This document shows positions 28,118 through 40,761 of a stretch of 64,000 nucleotides of DNA, piece by piece. The number at the start of each line of letters is the position of its first letter. Positions within the stretch are counted from its first letter, which is position 1. The notes beneath the pieces are model-generated. The model had not been told where the DNA came from, ran no database searches, and saw only the letters and a program-made list of their open reading frames with translations. Origin of the DNA: Felis catus (lineage: Eukaryota); NCBI RefSeq assembly GCF_018350175.1, contig NC_058368.1, positions 10,106,001-10,170,000 of the forward strand, read 5' to 3'. A program made the translations under genes and the position numbers.

Positions 28118-28980
28118 TATTTCCATCATGCTTTGCAGGTGGTAGATTTGCCTTGTAATTTACCAAATTACAATAAGAATTGTGGTTTTCACAGCTACTT
28201 TCTCAAGAAGAGCTTTTTGAGGAACAGGTCTATGAAGTATTTGGAGAATAGAAACAATTTGATAACCGATCTTCCAGAAAAGAAAAAAAATGTTCCTTAA
28301 TAACAGAAGAGGCTAAACATTTGTTATTCAACTCAGTACAAGATGAAGAGTGTTCACAGTAAAAGAAGTGTCAGTGCAAACAAACCTTAGGCAGATATCA
28401 AATATTAAATGTTTCCCGAAGGAAATAGAAACTCTAATTCACAAAAATTGACAAAGATTTTTTTTTTTTTAAGTAGCTGAATTGAGAAAAACCATCAGTA
28501 ATCACTCCAGGAATGGACTAGAAATCTGGAAGGTTTCTTTTATAATTAAAAACAGTGTTTTCATTGAATTAAAAGCGGTTTTTATTGGATGCATTCACTC
28601 AGTCCTTATTCACTCAGCAAAGTTTCATGAACTGCTTCTAAGAGGATATACACTGTGCAAATGTCACAACGAAGTAATGTCGGGCAGCCTTTAAATTGGT
28701 GAAAAGTGTATTGGAACAGATCTTTCTGGGCAAAAGAGGCTTCAATCTGGGTATAAGTGCAGCCTTATTCAGATATTTTAACAGTTTAAGATCGATCCTA
28801 GTCTATAGGACAACGATCTAAGCAATTCATCCATTCATTCAGTCATCCATTCATTCAGTTCACGCATGCAACACATATGATCGAGTGCCTACTCTGCGGT
28901 GCACTGAGGTGGGTGCTGTATATAAAGTTCAGCCTTTGCTTTCAAGGAGCGTCCAGTCTTATAAAAGAAGACAGGTGTGT

Positions 28981-29197
28981 GGGGCGCTTGGGTGGCTCAG
29001 TGGATTAAACGTCTGACTTCGGCTCAGGTCATGATCTCACAGTTCATGGGTTAGAGCCCCTCATCAGGCTCTGTGCTGACGGCTCAGAGCCTGCAGCCTG
29101 CTTCGGATTCTGTGTCTCCCTCTCTCTGCCCCTCCCTCCCTCACTCTCTCTCTCTCTCTCTCAAAAATAAAATTTAAAAAAACAAAAAATTTTTTAA
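28981..29197 (+). mobile_element. Can-SINE
   Basis: TSD AAGACAGGTGTG at 28968-28979 and 29198-29209; inserted in an L2-tail-like region. Confidence 0.93.
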
Positions 29198-29384
29198 AAG
29201 ACAGGTGTGCAAACTAAGAAGAATAATAAAATGAGTGCTATGAGAGACGTTCAAGAAAGGGAATGTCTAAAACACTTAGAATCCAGTTTCCGGAGTGAAA
29301 CTAATGACATAAAACTGTAAAATCGAGTTTTAAAATAAATATGTGAGGATCGATTTATCCAAGTGATTGATTTGTTGAAGCTCT

Positions 29385-29770
29385 CAGAACAAGAGTCACC
29401 TTGGAGGCTATTAATTTATTCCAACAAGAATGCAAATCCAGACATTATCTACAGAAGGAGGGAGGTTTTTTTTCTCATTACCTCACGGTTATAGTTGATT
29501 TTTGGCTAAAGGATAATATTGCCCAACTTGATTGCCTACCTTAATTATCAGCTCAAATGTGAATGTCTTTTTACTGTTTCAAATCCCAATCTATCTTCAA
29601 AGAGCCAAGTTATGCCCCTATTTAAGAAATTCAAAAGAATATTGCATCTAGTTCTGAAGGGAGTTTCTAAAGAATTTCAAAAATGCTTTAAGCAATGGCA
29701 GTGTCATTAGAATGAATTATTACTTTGAAGAAGAGAACATTCATTTGGATGGGTAAATGCTGGTATAACA
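29385..29770. mobile_element. Tc1/mariner-type relic (MARNA-like)
   Basis: Degraded mariner C-terminus-like coding (…KEFQKCFKQWQCH, then tactttgaa = YFE). Inverted related motif gtcaccttggaggctattaatttattccaac near 29395. Confidence 0.45.
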
Positions 29771-30232
29771 GATTTAAAAGGAGTGTTCACACTTGATATT
29801 CACTACTTGAATACACTTGAAAGGACTGACAGTGTGGAGCATTAGTAATTACCCAATGACTGGCCTGGCCCACTTAACCTCTTCAGAGTTCAGAGGAGAG
29901 GAAAACACAAGAATCAGGGACAGCAGAGCTGGCCCAGGAGGGAGGTGACGTCCATACTGGACTGACAAGGTTTTGATAGAATCAACAGTCTGAACTTGCT
30001 GCTCTGGCTCTATGTGGATAAAATGTCAGTAAGTTTGTTGAGTGGCACATTAGAAGCAGAGTTTAGAATCTGCTCCATTAGGTTGGACTGCCTTAATAAA
30101 ATCGAGAACATTATAGAATTTTCTTTTCTGGATCTTTCAATAAAGTGATAGCAATCATTCTCGACTGCTTATTAACAACACCCCCTCTGAGTGACAGATA
30201 TGAATTAAGTAGACTTCAGAAAGATCTAGGTC

Positions 30233-30676
30233 AGTGAGGGCTAATTTTATGTGTCAATTTGGCTGGGCCATGGTGTCCAGATATTTGGTCTGAACATTAT
30301 TCTGGATATTTCTAGTTAAGTATTTTTGATGAGACTAACATTGAAATCGGTGGACTTTAAGTAAAGCAGAATGCCCTCTACAATGTCCGTGGGGCTCTCC
30401 CATCAGTGGAAGTCCTGAGTGGAACAAAAGACTGACCTCCCTTGAGCAAGAGAGGGGTCTGCACAGGTGGCCTTCAAACTTGAATGGCAACATGGGCTCT
30501 GCCCTGGGCCACCCACCTGCCAGCTTCCTTTGCAGATTTTGGACTTGTTAGGCTGCACAGCTCTGTGAGCCAATTCCTTAAAATAAATCTCTTTCTCTAT
30601 CCACACGTGCTCGCGTGCACACACACACACACACACATTCTATTGGTTTTTTTCTTTTGAGAACCTGAATCATACA
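30233..30676 (+). mobile_element. ERVL solo LTR (MLT2-like)
   Basis: ctaattttatgtgtcaatttggctgggcca...gtaaagcaga...aattccttaaaataaatctct...(CA)n...tctattggtt...gagaacctga...ataca. Confidence 0.8.
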
Positions 30677-30750
30677 GACTCCATCACAGACATTGAGAAA
30701 ATGTTTTATGAGTTAATCGATAAGCTAAAACAAAGGAGCAAAAGCAATAT

Positions 30751-30812
30751 TCTTTTTTTTTAAGTTTACTTATTTATTTTGAGAGAGAGAGAGAGCACCA
30801 GTGAAGGAGGGG

Positions 30813-30845
<33 letters not shown>

Positions 30846-30963
30846 TCCCAAGTAGGCTGTCAGTGCAGAGCCCAACTCGGGGCTCAAACTCATGAACCAT
30901 GAGATCATGACCTGAGCTGAAATCAAGAGTCAAACATTTAACCCACTGAGCTACTCAGCCACT
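30751..30963 (-). mobile_element. Can-SINE (older)
   Basis: Poly-T, (GA)n, diverged reverse-complement head. Confidence 0.85.
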
Positions 30964-31237
30964 TTAGTCTCTTTCTTTCTTTCTTTCTTTTTTTAACATG
31001 AAGACCCTTGACTAAAAGCACTGCATACTACATAACGGAAAGACTTTTGCCCAAATATATCAACCTGGGGGAGGAACTTCACTCAGTGTATCCATATCCA
31101 AAGTACTTGGGTAACACTGAAGATCATCTGTGACCTCTCCTGGGCTTTTGGAAGCAGCCCCCTGTCAAATCTTTTACACATCCTTTGTTGGCTTGCTCCT
31201 TGAATTCTCCCATCAACTATTTCCCATCGTCTCTCTT

Positions 31238-31464
31238 TTTTTTTTTTTTAATTTTTTTTTTCAACATTTATTTATTTTTGGGACAGAGAGAGACAGAGCA
31301 TGAATGGGGGAGGGACAGAGAGACAGGGAGACACAGAATCGGAAACAGGCTCCAGGCTCTGAGCCATCAGCCCAGAGCCCGACACAGGGCTCGAACTCAC
31401 GGACCGCAAGATCATGACCTGGCTGAAGTCGGACGCTCAACTGACTGCGCCACCCAAGCGCCCC
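31238..31464 (-). mobile_element. Can-SINE (SINEC_Fc type)
   Basis: 16-bp TSD TCCCATCGTCTCTCTT at 31222-31237 and 31465-31480. Confidence 0.95.
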
Positions 31465-31605
31465 TCCCATCGTCTCTCTTGTTCAGGAAACACTGCTGTG
31501 ACCACTGTCACGTTTCCTGGAGCAGAGCTTCTCAAACGTGAATGTGCCTGGGAATCTCTTGGAGGTCTTGTCAAGCTGTGGACTCATTCAGGAGGTCTAC
31601 ATGTT

Positions 31606-31858
31606 TTAATTTCTTTTTTTTTAAGTTTATGTATTTATTTTGAGAGAGAGCGAGAAGCTCATGTGCACTGGACACGCTGATGATTGTGGGGGGTGGGGGA
31701 GCGAGGGGTAAGGGGAGAGGGAGAGAATCCCAAGCAGGCTCCAAACTATGAGCATGGAGCCCAACTCAGGGCTCCGTCTCACAGATCCGTGAGATCATGA
31801 CCTGAGTGGAAACCAAGAGTCGGAAGGAAGCTTAACCAACTGAGCCACCCCGGCGCCC
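31606..31858 (-). mobile_element. Can-SINE nested in a MER5-like element (about 31520-32050)
   Basis: SINE body flanked by MER5-like sequence (gcttctcaaacgtgaatgtgc... / ...tctaacaagctcctggatgatgc). Confidence 0.75.
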
Positions 31859-32324
31859 TGGTCTGCGTTTCTAACAAGCTCCTGGATGATGCAGAGTCTG
31901 CTGGGTTTAGGACTCGGCTCTAGCTCTGCCCATCTCAAACTTTATGAATCATCCGGGGGTCTTGTTAGAAAAGCAGAACCTCAGGCCCCGCCCGACTGAC
32001 TTACTCAGAATCCGCGTTCTCGCAAGATGCCCAGCTGTAGGTGGGCACGCTCAGTCCGAGGAGGGGCATAGACATCTTCTCCAGGTCTGAGCCCCATGCG
32101 CTCTCTCCACAGCGGCAAGTGCCATCTCTCTCCCTGCTTCTTACCCACGGCCCGTGAACTTGGTTACTCATCTCTCTTCGGAAAGTTAACTGTCCACCTG
32201 ACACACTCCCTCTCCTCCAGCTGGAGACTTCCGTCTCCTTCACAGCCCAAAGCTGGGTGTTCTATACTTGCTGTCCCCTCCCTCTGCCACCCACCCGTCT
32301 CTCCGCTGCTTTAACAGCAGGTTC

Positions 32325-32361
<37 letters not shown>

Positions 32362-32654
32362 CGTGTGTGCACAGAAATTCATTATAATAATTTGAATTGG
32401 AAACAACCGTGTAACATTTAACCCATTCAATATAACTACTGTCTATTGTTTTAGATCAATTTGAAACTCTGTAAAAGGCGTATTAGTAACCTGGATGTCT
32501 TAAATTTCCAAATGATGAACTTATTCTGGTAGGTGATATGGATAATCTCCCCTCTTCTTCAGGATTTATGTAAACTTCTGACCTGATCTCTTCACCCTGT
32601 TGCTTTAACTTAACTCCAGTGAATCCTTCTCATGTTGGGGTGGGGGGGGGGGAG

Positions 32655-32873
32655 CCCAAGCACAGCCCTTGTCTTCTTTCTTTTTCTGTTTTTAAATTTT
32701 TAAAAAATATTTATTTTTCAGAGACAGAGACAGAGCAAAAGCGGGGGAGGGGCGGAGAGAGAGGGAGACACAGAATCCCAAGCAGGTTCCAGGCTCCCAG
32801 CACCGATCCTGACGCCAGGCTTGAACTCACAAACCGTCAGACGTTTAACCGACTGAGCCACCCAGGCACTCCC
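32655..32873 (-). mobile_element. Can-SINE with internal deletion
   Basis: Lacks the gagatcatgacctgagc segment; flanked by AGCCCTTG on both sides. Confidence 0.85.
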
Positions 32874-34526
32874 GAAGCCCTTGCTTTCAAGGGGCATCCA
32901 GTTTTATAAAAGAAGACAGGTGTGCAAGCTAAGAAGAACAATAAATTCATGACGGAAAACTGTAGAAGGCCCGCAGGGCCTTGTGCCCCAGTGTCTCTTA
33001 GCTCTCCCTTCACTCTTTACCGTGTGACAATCCCATGCTGTCCCCTGCCTCCTGGGCCCCTTCTCCCCCTTGTGGCAGCTCTCCTCCCTCTCCGGTCTCC
33101 TGTCTCCCATTGAGCGGAGAACCCAGCTCAGGCATTTCCAGTTCTAGGACAAGCTCCCTAAGCTCCCATGGTATCCAGGGCCCCTTACTGTCACCCTCCA
33201 GCTCATTTTCAGTGCACAGTCCGTGTTTGTGAAGGGAAAGAGGCCAAGGAAAAAAGAATCAACTTAATCATTGAAAGGGGTTACCTCAAGCAACCCGAAT
33301 TCAAGGGCAGGAATAGCGCTATACTGCTCGCGATAAAATGGACTTGTACCAAAAATCCATTCTGAAGCAGAAACGCAAGACCAAAAAAGAAGGCAGCTCA
33401 GAATAGCAGTGAGACAAAAGAGCAGTACCTTAGGTTTACACGGCTTTAGAACTTATAAATTATTGTTGGAGTTACTCATCTTTCCATCCCGGTGAGGTGG
33501 GTACTGCTATACTCATTTTACAGATAAACTGGGGCTCAGAGAGGAATCTGCTAGATCCCAAAGCCCCCCCAGGTAGAAAGTGCAAAGATTTCTTCCAGCT
33601 CTTGATTCGGTGCGTAGGCCACAATTTCACAGCTTGCCTAAGATGAGACAAATGTAAGATATTAATACGAATTCACTTTCAAAATTCTATAGACTCCCTG
33701 CTCTGTTTAAAAAAATATATTTTTCTTAAATTATGCTATGCTAATTAACGCTGCCATTTTCAGACAGTAATCTGTTATTGGGTGTTATTTTCTTCATTGA
33801 GATGCCACTACTAAATCCTAATTTAGACTCATTCCTTTTAATAACATCGACAGAACTCTATACCTTCTATGTGTTCCCACCACCATTCATTGATGTAAAA
33901 TTTGAAAGTGTAAAATGCATTAGGAATGTAAAACGGATAGGAATCCTCTCCGAAAATTCTACTTGGGATCTTGATTTTTAAGCAATACCTCGCATATGCA
34001 CTTGGGATGCTTACTTTGATGCTTTTTCTGTGTCTTTTGATAATTTCCCTTTTTGTAGATATCACCGCCAACAGAGGTCTGACTTTTGAATAACCCCTTT
34101 GCAGAGAAGGGATTGTTGTGGATTGCCTTCTAAATATGTTGCCAACAGTCTCCAGTGTGCACTTCCTGTCTTTTCTTTGCAGCCAGGTGGCTAATAGCTG
34201 TGTCCTAGCCTGGAGGCATTCAGTTTTACTAAGCCCCTACTATGTGTCAAACTACCAAGGTGGTTGCCAAGAACATGAGGATAAAAGTCCCTCCACATTC
34301 TGGGAAAACTCTGGGGTGAGAGACACAGTTTTGTCTTGTGGGGATAGAAGGACAATTAAATTGGCAATCACAAAGTGCAAAGGTTTGTGCCAGGAACCCC
34401 AGTGAGGAGAAAGGTGTCAGCTCACATCCTTCCCCACTCTTGTTTCCTACTTAATGCAAAGATCTATGACAATTTTGCCCACAGTCACTTAGGTTGAAAG
34501 TTATGCGTGGATGAAAATTTGCAATT

Positions 34527-34759
34527 GGGGCACCTGGATGGCTCAGTTGGTTGAGCATCAGACTTGGGCTCAGATGTTGATCTCCCAGTTCATGGGTTCA
34601 AGCCCCGTGTCGGGCGGGCTCTGTGCTGACAGCTCAGAGCCTGGAGCCTGCTTCGGATTCTGTGTCTCCCTCTCTCTCTGCCCCTCCCCCTGTCATGCTC
34701 TGTCTCTGTCTCTCTCTCAAAAATAAATAAATTAACAAAAAATTAAAAACTTAAAAAAA
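34527..34759 (+). mobile_element. Can-SINE
   Basis: TSD GAAAATTTGCARTT at 34513-34526 and 34760-34773. Confidence 0.93.
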
Positions 34760-34859
34760 GAAAATTTGCAGTTGAAAATCTTCAGCTTACTCCTCTTTTT
34801 GCTCCTCTCCCCAAATAAGACCATGCTCAAGAATGCTCATTTCAAGAACTATACAAATA

Positions 34860-35073
34860 GGGGCGCCTGGGTGGCTCAGTCGGTTAAGCGTCCGACTTCA
34901 GCCAGGTCACGATCTCGCGGTCCGGGAGTTCGAGCCCCGCGTCGGGCTCTGGGCTGATGGCTCGGAGCCTGGAGCCTGCTTCCGATTCTGTGTCTCCCTC
35001 TCTCTCTGCCCCTCCCCCGTTCATGCTCTGTCTCTCTCTGTCTCAAAAATAAATAAATGTTAAAAAAAAAAAA
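34860..35073 (+). mobile_element. Young Can-SINE (SINEC_Fc type)
   Basis: 16-bp TSD AAGAACTATACAAATA at 34844-34859 and 35074-35089. Confidence 0.97.
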
Positions 35074-35194
35074 AAGAACTATACAAATAAACAAAAGTAA
35101 GTAGCCACATTACTGGAAACACATCTCCTTGCTTTCCCCACCCGGTGCCGTGGCCCTCCTGATGAAGGCTGGGCACCTGTCGGCCTCCAGCTGA

Positions 35195-35310
35195 GCTGCA
35201 GGAAGTGACCCATGTCTCCATGGTGATGCGTCACAATGCAGCCGCGCTCCACCCACAACACCCAGTCCAGCTGGAGCAGAGGGCATCGCGGTGGCCTCTT
35301 TCCAGCAAGA
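35195..35310 (+). promoter_or_regulatory. Probable TEX26 proximal promoter / 5' region
   Basis: Modestly CpG-rich. GGAAGTG (ETS-like) at 35201-35207, X-box-like GTCTCCATGGTGAT at 35214-35227 and CRE-like TGCGTCA at 35227-35233, just upstream of exon 1. Confidence 0.55.
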
Positions 35311-35371
35311 ATGGCACCGCCTGGGCTGGAGGCTGCGTGCCCCTTTCAAGGAGGCCACCAGATTCAGCCAA
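35311..35371 (+). CDS. TEX26: TEX26 (testis-expressed protein 26) probable coding exon 1
   Basis: AGAATGG start. MAPPGLEAACPFQGGHQIQP aligns without gaps to the recalled human N-terminus [20 protein letters not shown]. Donor CCAA|GTAAGG; 61 nt, phase 1, fitting exon 2. Confidence 0.75.
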
Positions 35372-36304
35372 GTAAGGCTGCGGACCCTGCCGGCAGGGGA
35401 GGGGGGGGGGCGCGCGGCTTTTCCCTGGGAATGGGGTACACCGAGCAAAGGCTGCTTTGGTCTGCAGGGGTGTTTGCCTCCCTCTTACGGGTGGGACTCA
35501 CTTCATGGAGAGTCTGGGAGTCAGAGGGAATGAGATGTTCATGATCTTGCCCTTTTACTGCCCTTGGTCCCGTTTCTGCCAAACCTCTCCCTAAACCTCT
35601 CAGGTGCTTTCAAACACCCCCCCAAAGTGCCTAGGAGGGGACAGCAAAAAGAAGGAATAGTGCCTTTCCAGGATCCCAAAGTCAAAGACAAAGAAGGAAC
35701 GGAGGTCAGACGCTGTGAAGACAGCGGACCCAGCGGAGACCTGACCCCCCCCCCCTCGTGCAGGATCTGGGGAAGTGCACAGAACGCGGGGAGGTGCCCG
35801 AAGGCAGGGAAAGGACCCCGCAAGTAGGTGTGCAGAGGCACCTTACCCCTGCGTGGTCGTAGCCAGGCCAGCACCTAGGCGTTTAGCTGCCACTTCTCTG
35901 CGACCTTTGCTGATTTTTCTTTCAAAGCGATTCCACATGAACCCGGGTAGAGCTTTTAATGCCAATTGTGCGTGCAAATGCAGCAGGTTTGCAAAGTCCG
36001 CCTCTGTGTCAGTGGAGGGAGAGTGATTCCCAGGTACTCAGCCGCATCCTGACCTTTTTCATGGCAATAATAACCCACCGCAGCCGCCTCGCTGGGTAAT
36101 TGCGGTTCCACAGTGGCTACAGAGCAGCGGGAACTGTTCAATGGCGCATTCCCTGGAATCGTAGACCCACCAGAATGAATGAAATGCGTATTTTCATTCC
36201 ATTCCATTCATCCCTTTGTAAATTAAGGACAGAAAATGAAAATACTTAACCTGTAAAAAACATATTGAGAACATTCTGTTTCTATATGATGACAAGGCAA
36301 AAAA

Positions 36305-36347
<43 letters not shown>

Positions 36348-37004
36348 AACCGCATTCCTTTTGAATCTCCTCTCTTTCTAGTCACTCCTCTTGGTTTCTT
36401 TCGCTGTCTCCCCTCCCCCTTCCAGTCTGGGAATGTGGGAATCCTCCAAGATTCTCTCCTCCTTGGTTCACATCCTCTGTCGTGGCCGTGTCCTGCCAAG
36501 GGCTTCAAGTCTACAGAAATGCCCCACCGGCTTTCTAATCTTACCTCTCACTCCCGTGTTCCCCCTAATTTTCAAACCAAAGTACGCAACTGTCTACCGG
36601 ATAGTTCATTTGGGTGTCACAGAAGGGCCTTGATCTAACACGTAGAAAATTACACTCCTTGTCCACTCGACTTTGCAGGCTCAGTTAGGAGGGTGCCAGC
36701 TGCCCACGGTACATGGGAGGGCGGCTTGGCTGACACCTCAGTTTGATCACCGGGGCTCATTGATTCTGCCCCCCAAGTTCCCCTTCCTGTGGGTGAGTTT
36801 CATTCTTCACGCCCAGTCTTGGGGCTCTAACAGGCACTCTGTGCCACTCGCTCTTCCACTGCTCAAAGTGTCACGCTCCAAAAGGTGGGGGACTGATGTG
36901 TCACACTGCCTGGCTTTGGTCCAAAAATAAGATGAGAGGTTGACAATGACTGCCACGGACTACTTGCTGTTGAACTATTACTCTATGTGGGCTTGTAAGT
37001 GCTG

Positions 37005-37405
37005 CATCACTTTGAGGGACTGCCATAAATAACGAGGAACTGGTGGCTTGAAACCAAGATGTATTCTGGAGGCCCGAAGCCCCACATCAAGGGCTGTGCT
37101 GCGCCGGTAGCTCTGGGGCAGAAGCCTTCCTTGCTTCTTGTGTTTTCTGGGAGCTGTTGGCATTCTCGACTCGTGGCCTCGTGCGCCTCCACGGTCACAT
37201 CCCCGCCTCTTCCGGGTCGAGTCTCCCTCCGCCTCCCATAAGGATGATGAAATTGCACTTGGGGCCCACTGATAATCCAGCACGATCTCCTCATCCCAAG
37301 ATCCTTAACTGCACCTGCAAAGGCCCTTTACCCTTATGTGGTACCGCTCGCACGTTCTGGGGGTTAGGACATGGACCTGTCTTTTGGGTCTCTGTTCAGC
37401 CTACG
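37005..37405 (-). mobile_element. MaLR solo LTR (MLT1C-like)
   Basis: ctgccataa...ggtggcttgaaac...gggcccactgataatccag...aagatccttaact...tgcaaag...ggggttaggacatggac...ttcagccta. Confidence 0.75.
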
Positions 37406-40328
37406 TTAAATGCTTGAATTTACCCTCCCCTTTAATCCTCCCGACAACTAGGGAAACGTTGAATCACCAGGTACTGTTCATACTTGCCCACCCAGCAGGC
37501 TATGGTAAGGATGAAACAAGATTCCACCCGTGGAAACACTTTGTAAAGCGTAACAGAATACGCACATGTTCGTTACTGTTTTATCCTGTCTTCAAAACCC
37601 CCTAATGCATTTTCGTCATTGTGAATACCTCCAGGGGTGGTGAGTTCAAGGGGGCAGCAAGGCAAACGAGGCCTTGCTGGCCTGGCGTTGACCATTTCTT
37701 CCCCTGCTTCACTCACATCGGGCCACTTCAGACTTTTCATACCTCGCGCTGCTTTCTCTGAAGAATGCTTCCCTCCGCGTCCTCCTGTAATCGCGGTCAA
37801 ACCCCTGCTTTAAGTCCCGGCTCAGATGCCACCTGTTCTATGAAGTCCCTCCCGGATCCACCCTCGATGCCCCTTCTCTCATCCAACCAGAAAGAGCTGT
37901 GCCTTCCTGGGGGCTCCCACGGCACACAGCACAGCACCCCACTTAAAGTGCTCGTTGGCCATTTTCTCTTTCCTCTCCTCACCTGTGAGCTCCCCAAGGC
38001 CAGGACAGGGTCTCTATGGCCTCGGGCCTGTGGTCTCCACGGTCCATGGGAGGGGCTCAAGCCTTGCCTGTAGGATGAACAGAAAATGAGAGGGGTAGAA
38101 AGAGGAAGACAGAATCATGGGACGGGTGGACACAGAGAGGGAAAGACACTGGGATGCTTAGCAAGAATAAGCCTAAAAGAAAGCAGTGGCACATGGCTTG
38201 CAAAGACGTTTTTGGAACATTCGGATTATAGATTTTTAAGTTACTGCTGCTGTTAACGAAGAGGGTTAATTCTAATAGCATTTTATTTGCAGGAGCTTTG
38301 TCAATGGGAATAAAAGGCGTTGACGCAGACCTGACCTAGAGACTTTTAGTAAGAGAAACCGTTAGACAAAAAGAATTGAAGAAAGATGTCCTGGAAATTG
38401 AGTGCACATCTCGTCACGTTGGTCATCCAGGCGGATTAGCATTAGGGAGTGGGGGGTCCGCTCGGTCTCAGGTCCTAGAGGCAGCCAGGCATGGCCTCTC
38501 CTGCACCCGATGCCTTCCAGAATAGGATCTTGGCGACAGAAGGCGGCCAGCACCCAGCCTGTCCTCAGAAGGAGGAAAGGCCGCAGACAGCGGCAGCCAG
38601 AGGTGTTCCTGGCCTGCCCGTGTGATCAGTTGGGAGATGTTCCCCGGGCGCTGTGTTGCCAGGGTGTTTGAGGTATATTTGGGCTTAACAGGAAATTGGT
38701 CTGGCCTGGGTCAGTGTTGTTTGCTTTAGGAAAAAGAGGGGGAAATGGTGCGTGGGCTCTGTGCAGAGAGGATCCTTCCTGAGCCCTGCAAGCGTCACAC
38801 TCCGAGGTTCAAATCAGGTTCCATGGAGGTTTCTTTTAAGAGCCGCACTGCCTCCCAATTTCTTCCCACTTACTTGTCCATACTTGGAACTCTCTGAACA
38901 AAGAACATTTAATGCCGCAGTTGGAACAAAATGCTTCGAAGCATGAAGTGACTCCCACTAACGAGCCGGTGTCAGAGCATGACGTCATTTCTCTCTCGGA
39001 GGCGCGTGGGCTCGGGGCGCGCACACCCGCAGCGTGTGTGTAAACGGAGGCACAGAGCGTAGCCTGCGGGGCTCGGGCTTTTGTGAGATCCGGGGGAGCG
39101 GGCGGAGGGGAGTCTCAACCCGTGGGAGGGCAGTGGGGAAACAGTCACGGAGGAGCGGGTCCAGCTGCCTGGCTCCCCCAAAGGGCCTGTTAAATGAGAA
39201 ACAAGACCTGCCTGGGAGATGGGAGAGGAAACAGAAGTATAGAGGCAGCACGAATGAAATGTTCCTTCAGGGCCCTACAGGCCAGGCGGTGCATATAGAT
39301 TGTAAAGCTATTTGGAAACTGCAGACGTATTTGAGAAAAGCATAGCGATTGTATTCGGGATACAGGAGTGGGAAGATACACAGGCAGTTAGGTGGCTATA
39401 GGGTTCCTGCGGTGAGGCCCTAGACCCCGGACAGCAGGTTATTCAAATAGTAAAGGGGACCCTTTGGACCCAGGTTCTAGTGAGATGTAACCAGGTTAAT
39501 TGCCTAGATAGGAAGAATGAGAAAATGTCAGAGTTAAATTTAAAACCTGTCGTGGTGCTTTGTGGACAGTGGGAGGCTGGGTCAGTCAATGCCTGTTGTT
39601 GCTAGCAGGTGCCTGATGGTTAATTCTCTATCCTCAGTCGTCTGGACCCAGCCTGGCAGCAGTTGCCATAGGCGATCCCTCCCCCACCGCCTCCTGGAAA
39701 GCCCTCCTTCCTGTGGCCCCTGATGTCCTCTGCCCTCACCGACTGCTTTTCTCAGTCTTCCCCAACCTCTTGACATTGGTTGCCCCAGGCTTTATTTAGC
39801 CTTTGGGCTGGTCTCCTCCAGCTATGCCCCTTCTTGTTGAATCCACCTGCTTATGCAGATTGAAATATCACGCAAGCTGCAGAATCCTGCACAGTCGGGG
39901 CAGAGAACGCATCAGAGCTGCCCCAGATGATACTGTTCAGTGACAGACAGAAGAAAAGGACACTTTGTGTATTATGAGCCCAGTTTGGTAAAACAAGATG
40001 GTGGAAACTAAAACCCAATATGTCAACGTCGTTATATATGCATATATAAATCTCTGTATCATTGTATCAGCAGACATAAAAGCGTGGAAAGAAACCAGCA
40101 CAATTGTTAACATGGTCTGGGAGGAGGGCTGAGGAGGAGGAGGGAGCACGGGGAAGGCGCCCAGAATAAAACCGGAGGTGAGCCCCTTTGTGCAAAATCA
40201 TTTCATGTGCATATAGGTTTATCTAATAGGGTTCATGAGAAGTTGGTCACTAAAGTCACAGTGGGCATCTTAAGGGGATAGAACTTCAATCGAACTTTCT
40301 GTTTTATATTTTTACGCATTGCTTAAAT

Positions 40329-40761
<433 letters not shown>

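Noticed and set aside
38960..39170. TEX26 canonical exon 1 in this CpG patch
   Set aside because: No ATG-to-donor segment resembling the TEX26 N-terminus; 35311-35371 fits in length, phase and sequence.
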